Shown piece by piece: positions 30,543-43,428 of a DNA stretch of 64,000 bases; position 1 is the first letter of the stretch; each line of letters begins with the position of its first letter. Source of the DNA: Octopus sinensis (Eukaryota); assembly GCF_006345805.1 (NCBI RefSeq), contig NC_043011.1, forward strand, positions 51,224,464-51,288,463. Reading direction: 5' to 3'. The position numbers and the translations under genes were made by a program. The notes under the pieces are model-generated. The model was given only the letters and a program-made list of their open reading frames with translations. It ran no database searches and was not told the DNA's origin.

Positions 30543-31159
30543 CCTTAATGTCATATTCAAAAATGAGCCCTAGGTTAAAACTTTTGAAGAATTTTCTGAT
30601 TTTCTTCCGCATTCTTTCTATTACGGTTTTACTATTACTAGGTATAATGAATAATGCATCATCCCTATAGAGAACTCAAGGAAGTCATTACTAAGACATT
30701 TTAGGGGATATGCTCCAAGTAAATCCGTATTAGGGGAAAAAATTCTGCATAGAGTTTGATACTCACCTGATATTGTCTGAGTGTGCAAATTAATTCTTCC
30801 TAACAAGGTGCCTCAATTTAGTATCTAATTCAACTGAATTTCTATTATAATTTTTTAATATATTATAAAATGTTATTGATTTGCCATATAACGGCATTAT
30901 TGCTTACTGGTCACTAATATTATTGTTATTTAGGCGGCGAGCTGGCAGAAACGTTAGCACACCGGGCGATATGCTTAGCAGTATTTCGTCTGTCTTTATG
31001 TTCTGAGTTCAAATTCTGCCAAGGTCGACTTTGCCTTTCATCCTTTCTGGGGTTGATCTAATCGACTGGCCCCCTTCCCCAAAATTTCGGGCCTTGTGCC
31101 TTGAGTAAAAACGAATATTATTGATATTATCATTAATTATTTATAATAGTAATAATAAT

Positions 31160-31600
31160 AGGAACTTCACCATTCAAACTGACAGAAAGATAGATGCAAA
31201 TAGGCCAGACATTATATTGAAAGACTTCAGACAAAAATCATGTCTCCTCCTTGATATGACTATCAATATAAATGTATCTGTCAAGACCTACCAAAAATTA
31301 AGCAAGTATAAAGATCTTGAAATAGAAATTAGAAAAAAGTGGAACCTGCAGACTAAATTAATACCTGTTGTCATAGGTGCCCTGGGGATGATAGCAAAAT
31401 GGGCTGATTGCTACCTAGCTCAGATATCAGGAAACCCCAAAATGGCAAAAATTCAAAAGATAGTGCTCATGGGAACTGCCCATATCCTACGTAAAATACT
31501 GACAAATTTTCTTATGGTTTCTTAAACATTCTCTGGGTGAGACTTGGAGCCAACTTGTACAAATGCAAAGCAAGAGTCAAACATAAAATAATAATAATAA
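31160..31600 (+). mobile_element. 3' end of an R4/Dong-like (RLE-endonuclease) non-LTR element with (AAT)n tail
   Basis: ANRPDII...LLLDMT...KLSKYKDLEIEI...IPVVIGALG...IQKIVLMGTAHILRKIL, a PD-(D/E)xK restriction-like endonuclease C-terminus. Confidence 0.85.
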
Positions 31601-31604
31601 TAAC

Positions 31605-31709
31605 CATACAATAACCATCAGAGCATCACAACAAATCACAGCACATACCCAAGGCACACAGAGCTGCGCTCGGTAGTGAAGTGAAAGCACGCTATAAAAA
31701 TAAAACTAT

Positions 31710-31744
<35 letters not shown>

Positions 31745-32320
31745 TAATAATAATAATAATAATAACAGGCAGTGGCTCTCATGGTTTCTGATCTTAACTG
31801 ATCGGAGGTGTTATCATGTACATTGTTTTGTCTTGGTATAAAAGTTGGGTTACAGCAAATATTCTGCTCAATACCACAGATTTGCTTGTCAGTTGTTTGA
31901 CCTTAACCAGTTGAGCATGTCCCTTAGTGGCTGACGATATGTGCATCTCTGATCACGAGCAGAAGTAGTGGGGGAGCATCATAGCCATGTGTTGAGAGGG
32001 ATTCTTTGGGGTTTGAATAATTCACCTCTGGAAACATGGGTGGTTCTTTCAACATCCTTAAACAATCCTTATTCAGGGACCTTTTGAGCGGGATGGACTA
32101 CTCAACCTGAAGAAAATTCTAACTGGGCCCCACCTGCATGGTCATGTGCTGTTTATCTTGATATGAGATCACCATTTCACACACATTTGGTTGTGATGCA
32201 TGTGCCTGGTGTACCTTTATCAGACGGGCAGTCATGATGGGTATACTGGGCTTCGTATATTTTACCCCAGTGTCACTTTGATGGCATGAACTGCTCTCTC
32301 ACTCAATAATAATAATAATA
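31605..32320 (+). mobile_element. Two further LINE-like 3' tails, each ending in (AAT)n
   Basis: 31605-31765 ends ...AAAATAAAACTATTG(AAT)n; 31766-32320 ends ...CTCTCTCACTC(AAT)n. No ORF recognised. Confidence 0.55.
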
Positions 32321-32433
32321 ATATCTATATGAATATTCATTCGGATATTTACTCATATATATAATACATACATACGTACACACACACACATACATACAAA
32401 CATGCATACATACATACATACATAGATAAAGAC

Positions 32434-32705
32434 GAAGGCACGTGGCTTGGTGGTTAGGGCATTTGGCTCACGATCGTAAGGTCGTGAGATCAATTCGCGG
32501 CGACGCATTATGTCCTTGAGCAAGACACTTTATTTCACGTTGCTCCACTCTACTCAGCTGACAAAAATGAGTAGTACCTGTATTTGAAAGGATACACGTG
32601 CCTGTGGAGTGCTCAGCCACTTGTACGTTAATTTCACGAGCGAGCTGTTCCGTTGATCGTATCAGATGGGACTCTCGTCGTCGTAACCGACGGAGTACTC
32701 CTACT
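32434..32705 (+). mobile_element. tRNA-derived SINE sharing its 3' body with the 40649 SINE
   Basis: Head GGCACGTGGCTTGGTGGTTAGGG; body GTGGAGTGCTCAGCCACTTGTACGTTAATTTCACGAGC...CGTCGTCGTAACCGACGGAG. Confidence 0.8.
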
Positions 32706-32833
32706 ATAGATAAAAAAAAAGATAAGGCTGGTCTATGGGATTACCCTGGGTTTCACGTCCATAAAGCTCTTAGCTTTACAGCGTATCATCAGACCCTAAA
32801 CCTGCTGGCCTCTCTGGCAAGTCTGTGTTTGTA

Positions 32834-32864
<31 letters not shown>

Positions 32865-34925
32865 TTAATCATATCAAAGGGAAATGGAAATTAATTAAAA
32901 TTTTCATTTCCAGTGGACCTAACGAGTAAAAATTTAGTCCAAAGACTATTAATCATAAAATACAGTGTACATTTAAACACATGAGGAATTCACTCGTGGG
33001 ATTCAACACACTAGAAAGAACAGCTAGGTTCTATAACCACAAAATTTGGGATAAAATTTGACAGGAACGAAATGAAAAAATAAAAACATTTTACCATCTA
33101 GTTTCCTGGACCCGAACACTAACGATAGCAGCTGCTAGCCCAAACCCTTAGCGACGTCCTCACACGTCTTGTCACCTGCACGACCCACGTTGGAAAGGGC
33201 GCAACTCCCCGCTCCCTGCGCACTCCTGACGGCTGACCCCTTCCGGTTGCCCCAGCTTCCGGTCAACGCACTCGGCTGCTGACGTCCAGCTGCTGATGTC
33301 ATCCCACACCCACTGCGTGGCGCATTGGGTAAGTGTCTTCTACAGTTACGTCGGGTCGATTAAAGCCTTGTATGAGCGAATTCGGTACATGGAAACTGTG
33401 GCAGTCCGCTCTGCTTGCCTGCTTGTCTTGTGTGTATGTATATATACATATGTATGTATGTATACATGTATGTATGTATGTAACGGGAAGCTTTATGAAA
33501 ATAAACAAAAGACGAAGGCAGGTGGAGTACAAACAAACAAATGTATTAGTATGGTGCTCGTATCCTGAAAGGCAAAGTCGCCTTTGGCGGAATTTGAACT
33601 CAGAACGTAAAGACAGATGAAATACCTATTTCTTTACCACCCACAAGGGGCTAAACACAGAGGGGTCAAACAAGGACAGACAAACGGATTGAGTCAATTA
33701 TATCAACCCCAGTGCGTAACTGGTACTTATTTAATCAACTCCGAAAGGATGAAAAGTAAAGTCGACCTCGACGGAATTTGAACTCAGAACGTAGCGGCAG
33801 ACGAAATACGGCTACGCATTTCACCCGGCATGCTAACGTTTCTGCCAGCTCGCCGCCTTTGAAAACTTATATTTTGTTAATTAAATTATTTAACAGTATG
33901 AAAATAGTTTTTGGTGATGCAGTCTTGCCATGTAGAAGTTTTAACTTCAGTGCGTTCTTCCGGCAGAAATGAGTTCCCCGCTTCTGTTTCAAACCTACAA
34001 GAATTTCGTCTTCAGATTTCAAAAATTAGTAAAGGCACTTAAGACAGATTTCTTCAAGATATTCTGACTGGTATTTTATTTACAAACACTTCGACACAAG
34101 AAAAAAGTTACCCAGTGCTGGATTTGAACCCAGAACCTGTGAAGCATCGATTTATAGTCTCGCAGTGGACTTCAGAAAGCAAGCTAAAACAAATGCTTTA
34201 CATCAAGGGTTCTCAAACCAGAGTATGTAAGAGAAGGGTACGAGGGATTTGCAAAAACACAGGAATTTTGAATTAATCACAGCCCACTAAACGCAGCTTG
34301 TTAAGAAAACGTGTGGAGAGTCCTTATCTGTTACCTACCACTTATCATTGTGAACAAGGGTTTCAATAATGTTTCATAGAAATAAAAATTCATGCCAGAC
34401 TGTCAATCGAGAATGGCATGTGGGTGTATCTCTGAAATTATACGGAGGATTGAATTATTTGTTAGAATCCATCTCATCTATTTAAGTACAACCGAAATCT
34501 TAATTTATCAAAGCTAGAAATATTACTATTAAGGAATGGAACAGTCGATCCCATTACATGATTGATAATTTATTTTATCGATCTCGGAAGCTGATCACAG
34601 CGGGATTTGAACTCTTTATACGGGCGAAATGCGTAGCCGTATTTCGTCCGCCGTTACGTTCTGAGTTCAAATTCCGCTGAGGTCGACTTTGCCTTTCATC
34701 CTTTCGGGGTCGATAAATAAAGTACCAGTTACGCACTGGGGTCGATGTAATCGACTTAATCCGTTTGTCTGTCCTTGTTTGTCCCCTCTATGTTTAGCCC
34801 TTTGTGGGCAGTAAAGAAATATATATTAAATTGAATTAATAAAAAACAATATAAGCCTATTATCAGTTCACTGGTATCCAGCTATTTTACACGAAAGTCT
34901 TCATTCAGGATACACTAACACAACA

Positions 34926-35350
34926 GGCAATCTTTCGTCTCTAGTAGACCTTTCCGTCGATTTCCGTAAAAAAAATTTTTTTTTCACATATGGGCTTGCG
35001 GGAACTTTTGAAGTAATGAGAGCGAAAGAGACTAAGAGAAAGCGATTGTATGATGAGGGAAGTTCTTTTGAAGTTACCATGCATGTGAAGCATTGATGTA
35101 CATGTGTGTGTGTGTGTGTGTGTTTGATGGGGTGTGGGAGACAGACAGTATGTTGTGTAAGTGAAGTGCTTCTGTTAGTGTGTGGGAAGAGACAGAGTAA
35201 TGTGTGAAAGAAAGAGATAACTGAAATTTTTTAGTCGGTGTATGTGTATATGTATGTATATTACTTCAAAAGTTCCCGCAAGCCCATATGTAAAAAAAAA
35301 AAAATTTTACGGAAATCGACGGAAAGGTCTACTAGAGACGAAAGATCGCC
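34926..35350. mobile_element. MITE with ~91-bp TIRs, PIF/Harbinger-like
   Basis: Arms 34926-35017 and 35260-35350 (GGC(A/G)ATCTTTCGTCTCTAGTAGACC...); 3-bp duplication ACA on both flanks. Confidence 0.85.
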
Positions 35351-36043
35351 ACACAGCACTTCTGGATAAGATAATGGAGTACGCTAGAGGAAAAAAGCTT
35401 AGGAACCTTTGCTTTAACACATATTAGCAGAAAGGAGCGACAATGTGAAACAAGAACTCACCGTTTAGCTGTAATTCCTTTGTGGGGTGTAAAGCAAGTT
35501 CATACATGCAATGACATGGAACGAAATGAGGAAGGCACCCACCCCACCCCACCACGACCATCACCCCTACCACCGTCGTCGTCGTCGCCGTCATCATTCC
35601 CGAGACAGGTGAGAAGGTGGCGGTGGAAACGGGTGTAAGTAAACAGAGTAGTTACAGCCAGGTCTATTGTCTTTTGTACAAGATGTTGGGGGGGACATTA
35701 GATCAATGGTCCGAGGAGGCACCAAGTACCAAACGGTATCTTTTGTTGTGTCTGGATTTTTCAAATGCCAAAAGCAAATATGTGCATTTGTGTGTATGCA
35801 AATGTATGTATGTGTATGTACCACTATGCTAATGCACACACACACACACACATGCATATATGTTTATGAATTGGACATATACTTGTTTAAGCGTACATAG
35901 ACACCCACTAGCATACATGGATTGTGTGTATATATGTATATATATATACATACATACATACATGCATACATATACATGCAAACACACGTATGTATGTATG
36001 TTTGTGTACATATCTACGTGGCATGCATTTACATATGTATGCT

Positions 36044-36094
<51 letters not shown>

Positions 36095-36111
36095 GTGTAT
36101 ATATACATATA

Positions 36112-36149
<38 letters not shown>

Positions 36150-36171
36150 ATATATATATATATATACACAT

Positions 36172-36256
<85 letters not shown>

Positions 36257-36710
36257 GTGTGTATGTATGTATGTATACATGTATGTATGTAAGTATGTAC
36301 GTATGTAAGTATGTGTGAGTATATGTGTGTGTGTGTGTGAGTGTATGTAGTTTGTCAATCAAGTATAATGCAGAAGTTGTTCCCAAAAAAAAAGACTGCC
36401 ACCAGTAAAATTCCTTTCTTTCTCCCTGTCTTTCCTCATTCCTTAATCCTTCTATTAATGTCCTGTACACTCACCAATCCCTCATTTGGCAGAAAGACAC
36501 ACAGCATGTAATCCTACCGTATCCCCACTTCACTCCCATCTCACCCCATCATTTGTCTCCACCGTTGTTTCCCGCCAGCTCTTCTAATGGAAACAGAGGG
36601 GCCAAAACGGAAATAGCAGAAGTTGCTTCTTTGCTGCTGCTGTTGTTGTTGTTGTTGTTGTTGTTAAGCAACAAGACGGGTAAGGGTGATTAGGTGATGG
36701 TCTAGGGCTT

Positions 36711-36959
36711 AGGGGCGGGAGACCCCAGACCTTAGGAAAAAAAAACTTTGGTCGTCTTGTAGGGGCAGGAAACCCCAGACCTTAGGAAAAAAAAACTTTG
36801 GTCGTCTTGTAGGGGCGGGAGACCCCAGACCTTGGAAAAAAAAAACTTTGGTCGTCTTGTAGGGGCGGGAGACCCCAGACATTGGAAAAAAAAAACTTTG
36901 GTCGTCTTGTAGGGGCGGGAGACCCCAGACATTGGAAAAAAAAACTTTGGTCGTCTTGT
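36711..36959. repeat. 50-bp minisatellite, 5 copies
   Basis: AGGGGCGGGAGACCCCAGAC(C/A)TT(A)GGAAAAAAAAACTTTGGTCGTCTTGT starts at 36711, 36761, 36811, 36861 and 36911. Confidence 0.95.
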
Positions 36960-39900
36960 TGTAGTCGAGGGCTCTTCGTTGACGCCCGACACCACTGGGA
37001 GGTGGCCCTCGAAGTCGCTGGAAATGGAGATCTCCAGGTCCAAATTATTGAACGGCTGCTGTTGTTGGTGGTGACGGTGATGATGTTGATGTTAATGTTG
37101 CTCATGTTATTGAAATTCTTATAAATTCTTATGATTGATATTGTTGTTGTTAATGCTGCGATTGTTGCTCGTGTTTAGTTTCTTGCTTAATATTGGTTCG
37201 GAAATTTTGGGACAGGACCAGAAATTTCGGTGGAAGGAGCAAGTCGATTAGATCGACCTCAGTACTCAACTGGTACTTATTTTATCGACCCCGAAAGGAT
37301 GAAAGGTAAAGCCGAGCTCAGCGGAATTTAAGCTCAGAACGTTAAGTGGATTTCGACCCCATTTTCGACCACGTGGAAATCTCGATTTTATCGTGCGTGC
37401 GGATCCCATTTCAGCCAATCAGAACTTTTTGTTCACATGATAGTCTGGTGAAAATCGCAATAACTTTCTGTGAACGGAGGCAACAAGTACAGCGGTTTTA
37501 TTGCGAAAAAAGCCTGAGTGAATTTGGACCTAGAGTGAATTAGGTCCCTGGTGCATTCTTCTCACTAAAAGCTATATACTCAACCCAGCACAACTCGGAC
37601 TAACAGCTGTTTTTACAACTCCATACTCAACCCGGCGAGATTCAACACAGCAACACGAATATGCTTCGATGTGAAAGAATCGAATATGCTTCGATGTGAG
37701 GAATCAACTCAGCGACACGAATATGCTTCGATGTGAAAAATCAGCTTAATTATTGAATTTCTGATGAAGATCTGCGTCTGTACAATACATCGTTCATATA
37801 AGAATAACTCTTCTTGTATTGCATGAACACCTTTGTAATAACGTAGCAATAAATAATGTATATAAACTGATAACAAGTCTTTCATCATAACAACACAACA
37901 ATTGGTAACCCCGACGCAGAAATACAACCAGCACTACAACAATTGGTGTCCGCCGGCGATTTCTACATATATATAAATACAGTTGACACGCTACGTCTAA
38001 CAACAAACCAACAACAATTTACCTATAAATATCACCGACGTTTTACCACCACGTTAGACGTGACGTGCTGAATTTCTAGTTTGCTCAAAATAGCAGTTAA
38101 ATCTGTCTGTCAGTTGATTCTGTAAAGATGCAAGCAGCACTATTTCATCAATATCTTCAGAGATAGTATGATTTCGTAATTCCACTGATGAGAAGATACA
38201 GGCTCTTATAGACAAGCTCCGACGTTTGGATTTCCCAAGATATCGTCAGTGCGAAATCCGGTGGCCGTAGAAATTACAAGACGATCTTCCAGTGCCGAGT
38301 GCCAGGAAAACCAAATTACCAGAGGTTGAATGCGACGAAATCTCTGGTTGAATCATCATCGCAGCCCTACCATAGCCTTATCCTTAGAGCTGACTTCTTG
38401 CACCAGTTTTGTCTTTTAATCGATTTAAGGCACAGGCGGTTTGTAGCGTATCTGATATCCTCACTGTTTGAGAGACAGACACAATAAGAATGATCTCGTT
38501 TGAGATTACAACCATCTTTGGCTAGTTTGACCCTGTTGTGTCCACTGCTCTGATTGGTTGGCATTTGGCGCGGTTTGTCTCTCTATTTATTTCGCGCCAG
38601 AGTGTAAGTCAACCAATCACAGCCTCGTGACACTGTTTCAGATGCCCTTCTTTGAGCCAGTTTAACTCCTTAAATAAGCTAGCATTTTCTCTATTCACCG
38701 TCTTTCGGCTTTAGACCTTTTATGGTCTAGTCACTGACCACAGAGCTGCTCAGCCATGTCCAGTTCCAGCGACAGACTACAAGCCAGCCAACCATGCTAT
38801 TGTTCCAGCTATGAAGACGCTATTATATACCAGCGACAGACAGAACGTTCTCTATCTCCGCCGCCGTCATCACCATCGTCGTCTCCATCTCCGTCAACTT
38901 CAACAAGTACACATTAACACCGACCAGATTTATCTCACGCTGTTTGTGTGAATCTTTCACCAAGGAAAACAGTCTACCTAAAGAACTTACAATATCAAGA
39001 GACTCGGCTCGGCGTTGAGGCGCCAACCGTTGCACATACGCTCAACTGGCTTCCGCCTCGAGACCCCCAACATCTTGTTATAGAACTTACTATTGTGTAC
39101 CTTATGAACTGGTAAACTCATTCCAATCTTAACTCAATATGCTGAGACGTATCTTATGCTCTGTTCTCTGTTATATGCATGCACCTTTATTTGTACCTTC
39201 TGTCGCACACACGAACACACAGACACAAATACTATGCGCACGCATTCATGCACAACACTATGCTAGCACTCACACACACACACTCTCTCTGTACACATTG
39301 TGAATAGTCTTCTTCTCTCTCAAACATTTATTCCTTTTGGCACTGTATTCTATATCATGTATTTGGCTCTCTAATTTTGTTAGGAGTGACCGTGCGGCGT
39401 TAAAAAGGAGACATTTGTCACCAACTCCTTACGTACGGTCGTATTTCCTACAGGTTAATTGATACCAGGACCGAGTTATCAGCACAAGGTATTCTTCAGG
39501 GACTTTTATCGTCAGTCCACTTGTTTTTGTTCCGTCTTTTTCCGACCGTTTCCACGAAATTCTTCAGCGGTTTCCGAGCATTACTCGTACTATGTTCCAT
39601 AAGAATCCAGTGCACTCGGTTACTCATCATATCATCATATCATTACGAAAGGTCCCCCTGTTTCATCTCGTCCCAGACAAGCTAAAAATTTCTAAGGAAG
39701 AGTTCGGTCATATGTTGGACCTTGATATATTTCGACCTTCTAGCAGTAATTGGTCCTCTCCGCTTCAGCTTATCTCTAAAAAGGGTGAGGGAGTTGGCGT
39801 CTGTGCGGGGACTACAGGCAGCTAAATGCTTTGACAGTACTATACAGATATCCCATCCCACACATTCACGATTTTTCAGCATCTTTACATGGTTGTACTG

Positions 39901-40648
39901 TCTTTCCGAAGATCGATTTAATACATGCCAATTAAAGATATCTCGTCTCTCACCGTTGCAAAGGTCTCTCACCGTTGCAAAGGCCTTCATGGCCGAATGG
40001 ATTTCACGTTTTGGAGTTCATTTGACCATAACGACTGACAGAGGTCGTCTGTTTGAATCCTGCCTATCTTGTCGACCTTTCTAACATTCTAGGCACCCGA
40101 CGCATCACACCATATCTGACGGAATGATTGAGCCTTTTCATCATCAATTGAAAGCAGCTCTTCGTGCTTATTCCGAGTCAGAACGTTAGTTGAAAGGTTT
40201 ACCTGTTGTTTTATTAGGTCTTCAGTCTGCTGCTAAGGATGACTTGGGATATTCGCAGAACTATCTTACGGTTCCCCTCTCACTCTACTTTGTCAAATGG
40301 TTTCAGTTACAGCTTCAGACAATCAACATTTTGGATCTAGCAGATTATGTTCATCGATACATGACGGAGCTACCTCCGTCGGTAATGAGGCCACAATCTA
40401 CTAAGACTTTCGTTCTACCAGATAGTCATATATGGACTCATGTATTCATACATAATGACGCAATTAAAATCCTCTTCAGACATCGTGTATTGAAAGTGAA
40501 ACCCAAATTTGTGGCGTTGGATATTCAAGGAAAGCACCAGACTGTCAGCATTGATCGATTCAAGCAGGCTTTTACCGATTCGTCTCCCTGTCAGCAAGAC
40601 TACTCCTTTTTCTACCACATTCAAACCTCCTACGCATACATGTGACAC

Positions 40649-41037
40649 TGGGGGGAAGCACTCCGTCGGTTACGACGACGAGGGTTCCGGTTGATCCCAT
40701 CAACGGAACAGCCTGCTCGTGAAATTAACGTGTAAGTGGCTGAGCACTCCACAGACACGTGTACCCTTGATGTAGTTCTCGGGGATATTCAGCGTGATAC
40801 AGAGAGTGACAAGGCCGGCCCTTTGAAATACAGGTACAACAGAAACAGGAAGTAAGAGTGAGAGAAAGTTGTGGTGAAAGAGTACAGCAGGGATCACCAC
40901 CATCCCCTGCCAGAGCCTCGTGGAGCTTTAGGTGTTTTCGCTCAATAAACACTCACAACGCCCGGTCTGGGAATCGAAACCGCGATCCTATGACCGCGAG
41001 TCCGCTGCCCTAACCACTGGGCCATTGCGCCTCCACC
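40649..41037 (-). mobile_element. SINE family B inserted in the Gypsy integrase region
   Basis: tRNA-like head; 11-bp TSD ACATGTGACAC at 40638-40648 and 41038-41048. Confidence 0.92.
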
Positions 41038-41568
41038 ACATGTGACACACCGTCCACTGTCACCACACCTGTAAATACACCTACTTCTGACGGAATTACA
41101 CGAAGCGACAGAAGGGTGCATTGGCTGACAATATATACACACAACACCTATTACTTGTAGCCTCCGTTCACAGAAAGTTATTGTGATTGTCACCAAACTA
41201 TCTTGTGAGCAAAAATTTTAGTTAACTTTAAAAGCAATGCACAAACAAATGTAAAAAGAAAAAAAAAACGCAAACAAGACAAATATCTGCAATAACATAA
41301 ACTGAGTTTTAATTCCAACGTAGACTGTTGTGAACTTTTTCCTTCCACAGACAATTTTTTGGCATTGGTTAAATATTCGTTTTGCAGTTGTGTTGTTCTG
41401 CTGTTCATTTTTCTCTCTTTTCCTCATAGTTTATTGTTCGTCCCCTGTCTCGAACGACAGGGGACTGACATAACAGTTGATTTCGTCCACATGTAACTCA
41501 CGAGTTTATCATGTATGCAGACCCCATTTCTACGAATCAGAACTCTTTGTCCACGTGATAGTCTGGTG

Positions 41569-41787
41569 CGGTGGTTTTCAACCAGGGTTCCGCGGGACCT
41601 TAGGGTTCCGCCAGTACAGTCCAGAGGTTCCGCAAGAAGTTACAAAAATGCTAAAATCGACAGTAATTTTTAATTCTCCTGTGCAGATATGTGTGTATAA
41701 GACTATTAAATTATTGCACAGGGGTTCCTCGAGCCAGTGGAATGTTTCCTTGGGGTTCCGCTCCAGCAAAAAGTTTGAAAAGCACTG
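41569..41787 (-). mobile_element. Second copy of the hAT MITE, inserted in the Gypsy 3' LTR
   Basis: Reverse-complement match to 30342-30542; TSD GTCTGGTG/ATCTGGTG. Confidence 0.9.
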
Positions 41788-42258
41788 ATCTGGTGACAAT
41801 CACAAGAGCTTACCGTGAATAGACGTTACAAATACTGCATTTAAAGTGCGAGAAAAAGCCAGGGTGAATTCGGTCCCTGGTGAATTCTCCTCACTAATAG
41901 CTGGTTTTTTTTTTCACAGCTACATACGAAACTCAGCATGACTCGGACTAACAGCTGTTCTCACTGCTCCATATTTTCAACGCGGCGAGAAGGAAGAAGA
42001 ATCAAAACGGCAACATGAATTATTCATCGATGTGAAAATCAACCTAGTTATCGAATTTCTGATGAAGATCTTCTGAACCCGTAAAATACGTTATTCACAC
42101 AAGATTAACTCTACTTGTATTGTTTAAAAACACCTTTGTAATAACGTAGCAATAAACGATGTACACAAAATGACAAATCATTCGTCAGAACCACGCGACA
42201 CACACACACACACACACACACAACTCTCTTTTATATGTCTTGCAAACAACTCGCACAA

Positions 42259-42727
42259 GGTGCAGGAGTGGCTGTGTGGTAAGTAGCTTGTTTACCAATC
42301 ACATCGTTCCGGGTTCAGTCCCACTGCGTGGCACCTTGGGCAAGTGTCTTCTACTATAGCCTCAGGCCGACGAAAGCACTGCGTGGCACCTTGGGCAAGT
42401 GTCTTCTACTATAGCCTCAGGCCGACGAAAGCCTTGTGAGTGGATTTGGTAGACGGAAACTGAAAGAAGCCCGTCGTATAAATGTATATATATGTATATA
42501 TATGCGTGTGTGTGTTTGTGTGTCTGTGTTTGTCCCCCTAGCATTGCTTGACAACCGATGCTGGTGTGTTTATGTCCCCGTTACTTAGCGGTTCGGCAAA
42601 AGAGACCGATAGAATAAGTACTGGGCTTACAAAAGAATAAGTCCCGGGGTCGATTTGCTCGACTAAAGGCGGTGCTCCAGCATGGCCACAGTCAAATGAC
42701 TGAAACAAGTAAAAGAGTAAAAGAGTA
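42259..42727 (+). mobile_element. SINE family A with an internal ~55-bp tandem duplication
   Basis: CACTGCGTGGCACC...GGCCGACGAAAG occurs twice between 42322 and 42431. Confidence 0.9.
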
Positions 42728-43428
42728 TGCAAGTGCTACCAGTCAAAAACTCCGCATACCCATGTGAATGTCTGACCAGTGTATTTCTTTTCATCATCTG
42801 AGAACAACTCCTCTCTTTAGACAATGCATTTCGAAGTCCCTTTACACCAGTGAATCATGTGTTTTTTGAACACACATCAATAATAGTATTTTTGGGGGCT
42901 GATTTCTATAGACAGGTGCTCGTGATCTTGCTAGTTCATCAGTCCGGCAGAGTTAGGGTTAGGGTTTCGACTGAGAAGACACAACGAAGTTGAAACTACG
43001 CGGTGTCTGAATGTCCTCTTACACCAGTGAACTGGTAAACCGTGTGTTACAAATATACAATATCTAAAGGGAAAAAGTATTCTCCGTTAACGGAAACCAC
43101 CAGCGACCAGATATTCACGCTCGAATCTGCCAGAATTATTAAGAATGAATAGATGCGCTATTGTTTGGATTGTCGCTGTTCTGTGGGCACCCCATGAATT
43201 ATTTATGTCATAAAATAGACTTCCTAAAACGTACACACCTACATACATGCACAAACTCATTCAAACACATACAAACACAAATACATGCACATATGCAAAT
43301 ATATACACTTACACATAAACACTCACACACGTAAAGGCATGCACAAATGCACACAGAATTACATAAGAAAAAAATACACATACATCCGAGTGCATGTGCA
43401 TATTCAATTCCTAAACTCACATATATTT

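Larger units (their letters stand above)
37345..42200 (+). mobile_element. Decayed Ty3/Gypsy LTR retrotransposon complex
   Basis: Two related LTR-like segments (about 37345-37900 and 41470-42200). PBS TGGTAACCCCGACG at 37903-37916. Protease-like ILRADFL and LIDT, RT-like KEEFGHMLDLDIFRPSSSNWSSPL, integrase-like WISRFGVHLTITTDRGRLFES, and a TRSDRRVHW C-terminus. Many stops and frameshifts. Confidence 0.85.

Noticed and set aside
35594-36470. Long Y/I/C/V/H/T-rich ORFs here and at 7389-7665, 10153-10602, 15884-16184, 27206-27961 and 62457-63140
   Set aside because: Products of (TA)n, (CA)n and (ATGT)n microsatellites; no coding signal.
37761-37770. CTGATGA motifs in the Gypsy LTR-like segments (also 42059)
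   Set aside because: No downstream stem II or GAAA in the proper arrangement; not hammerheads.
42953-42966. TTAGGGTTAGGGTT telomere-like motif
   Set aside because: Only about two units inside a dispersed-repeat-like segment; not enough for an interstitial telomere.
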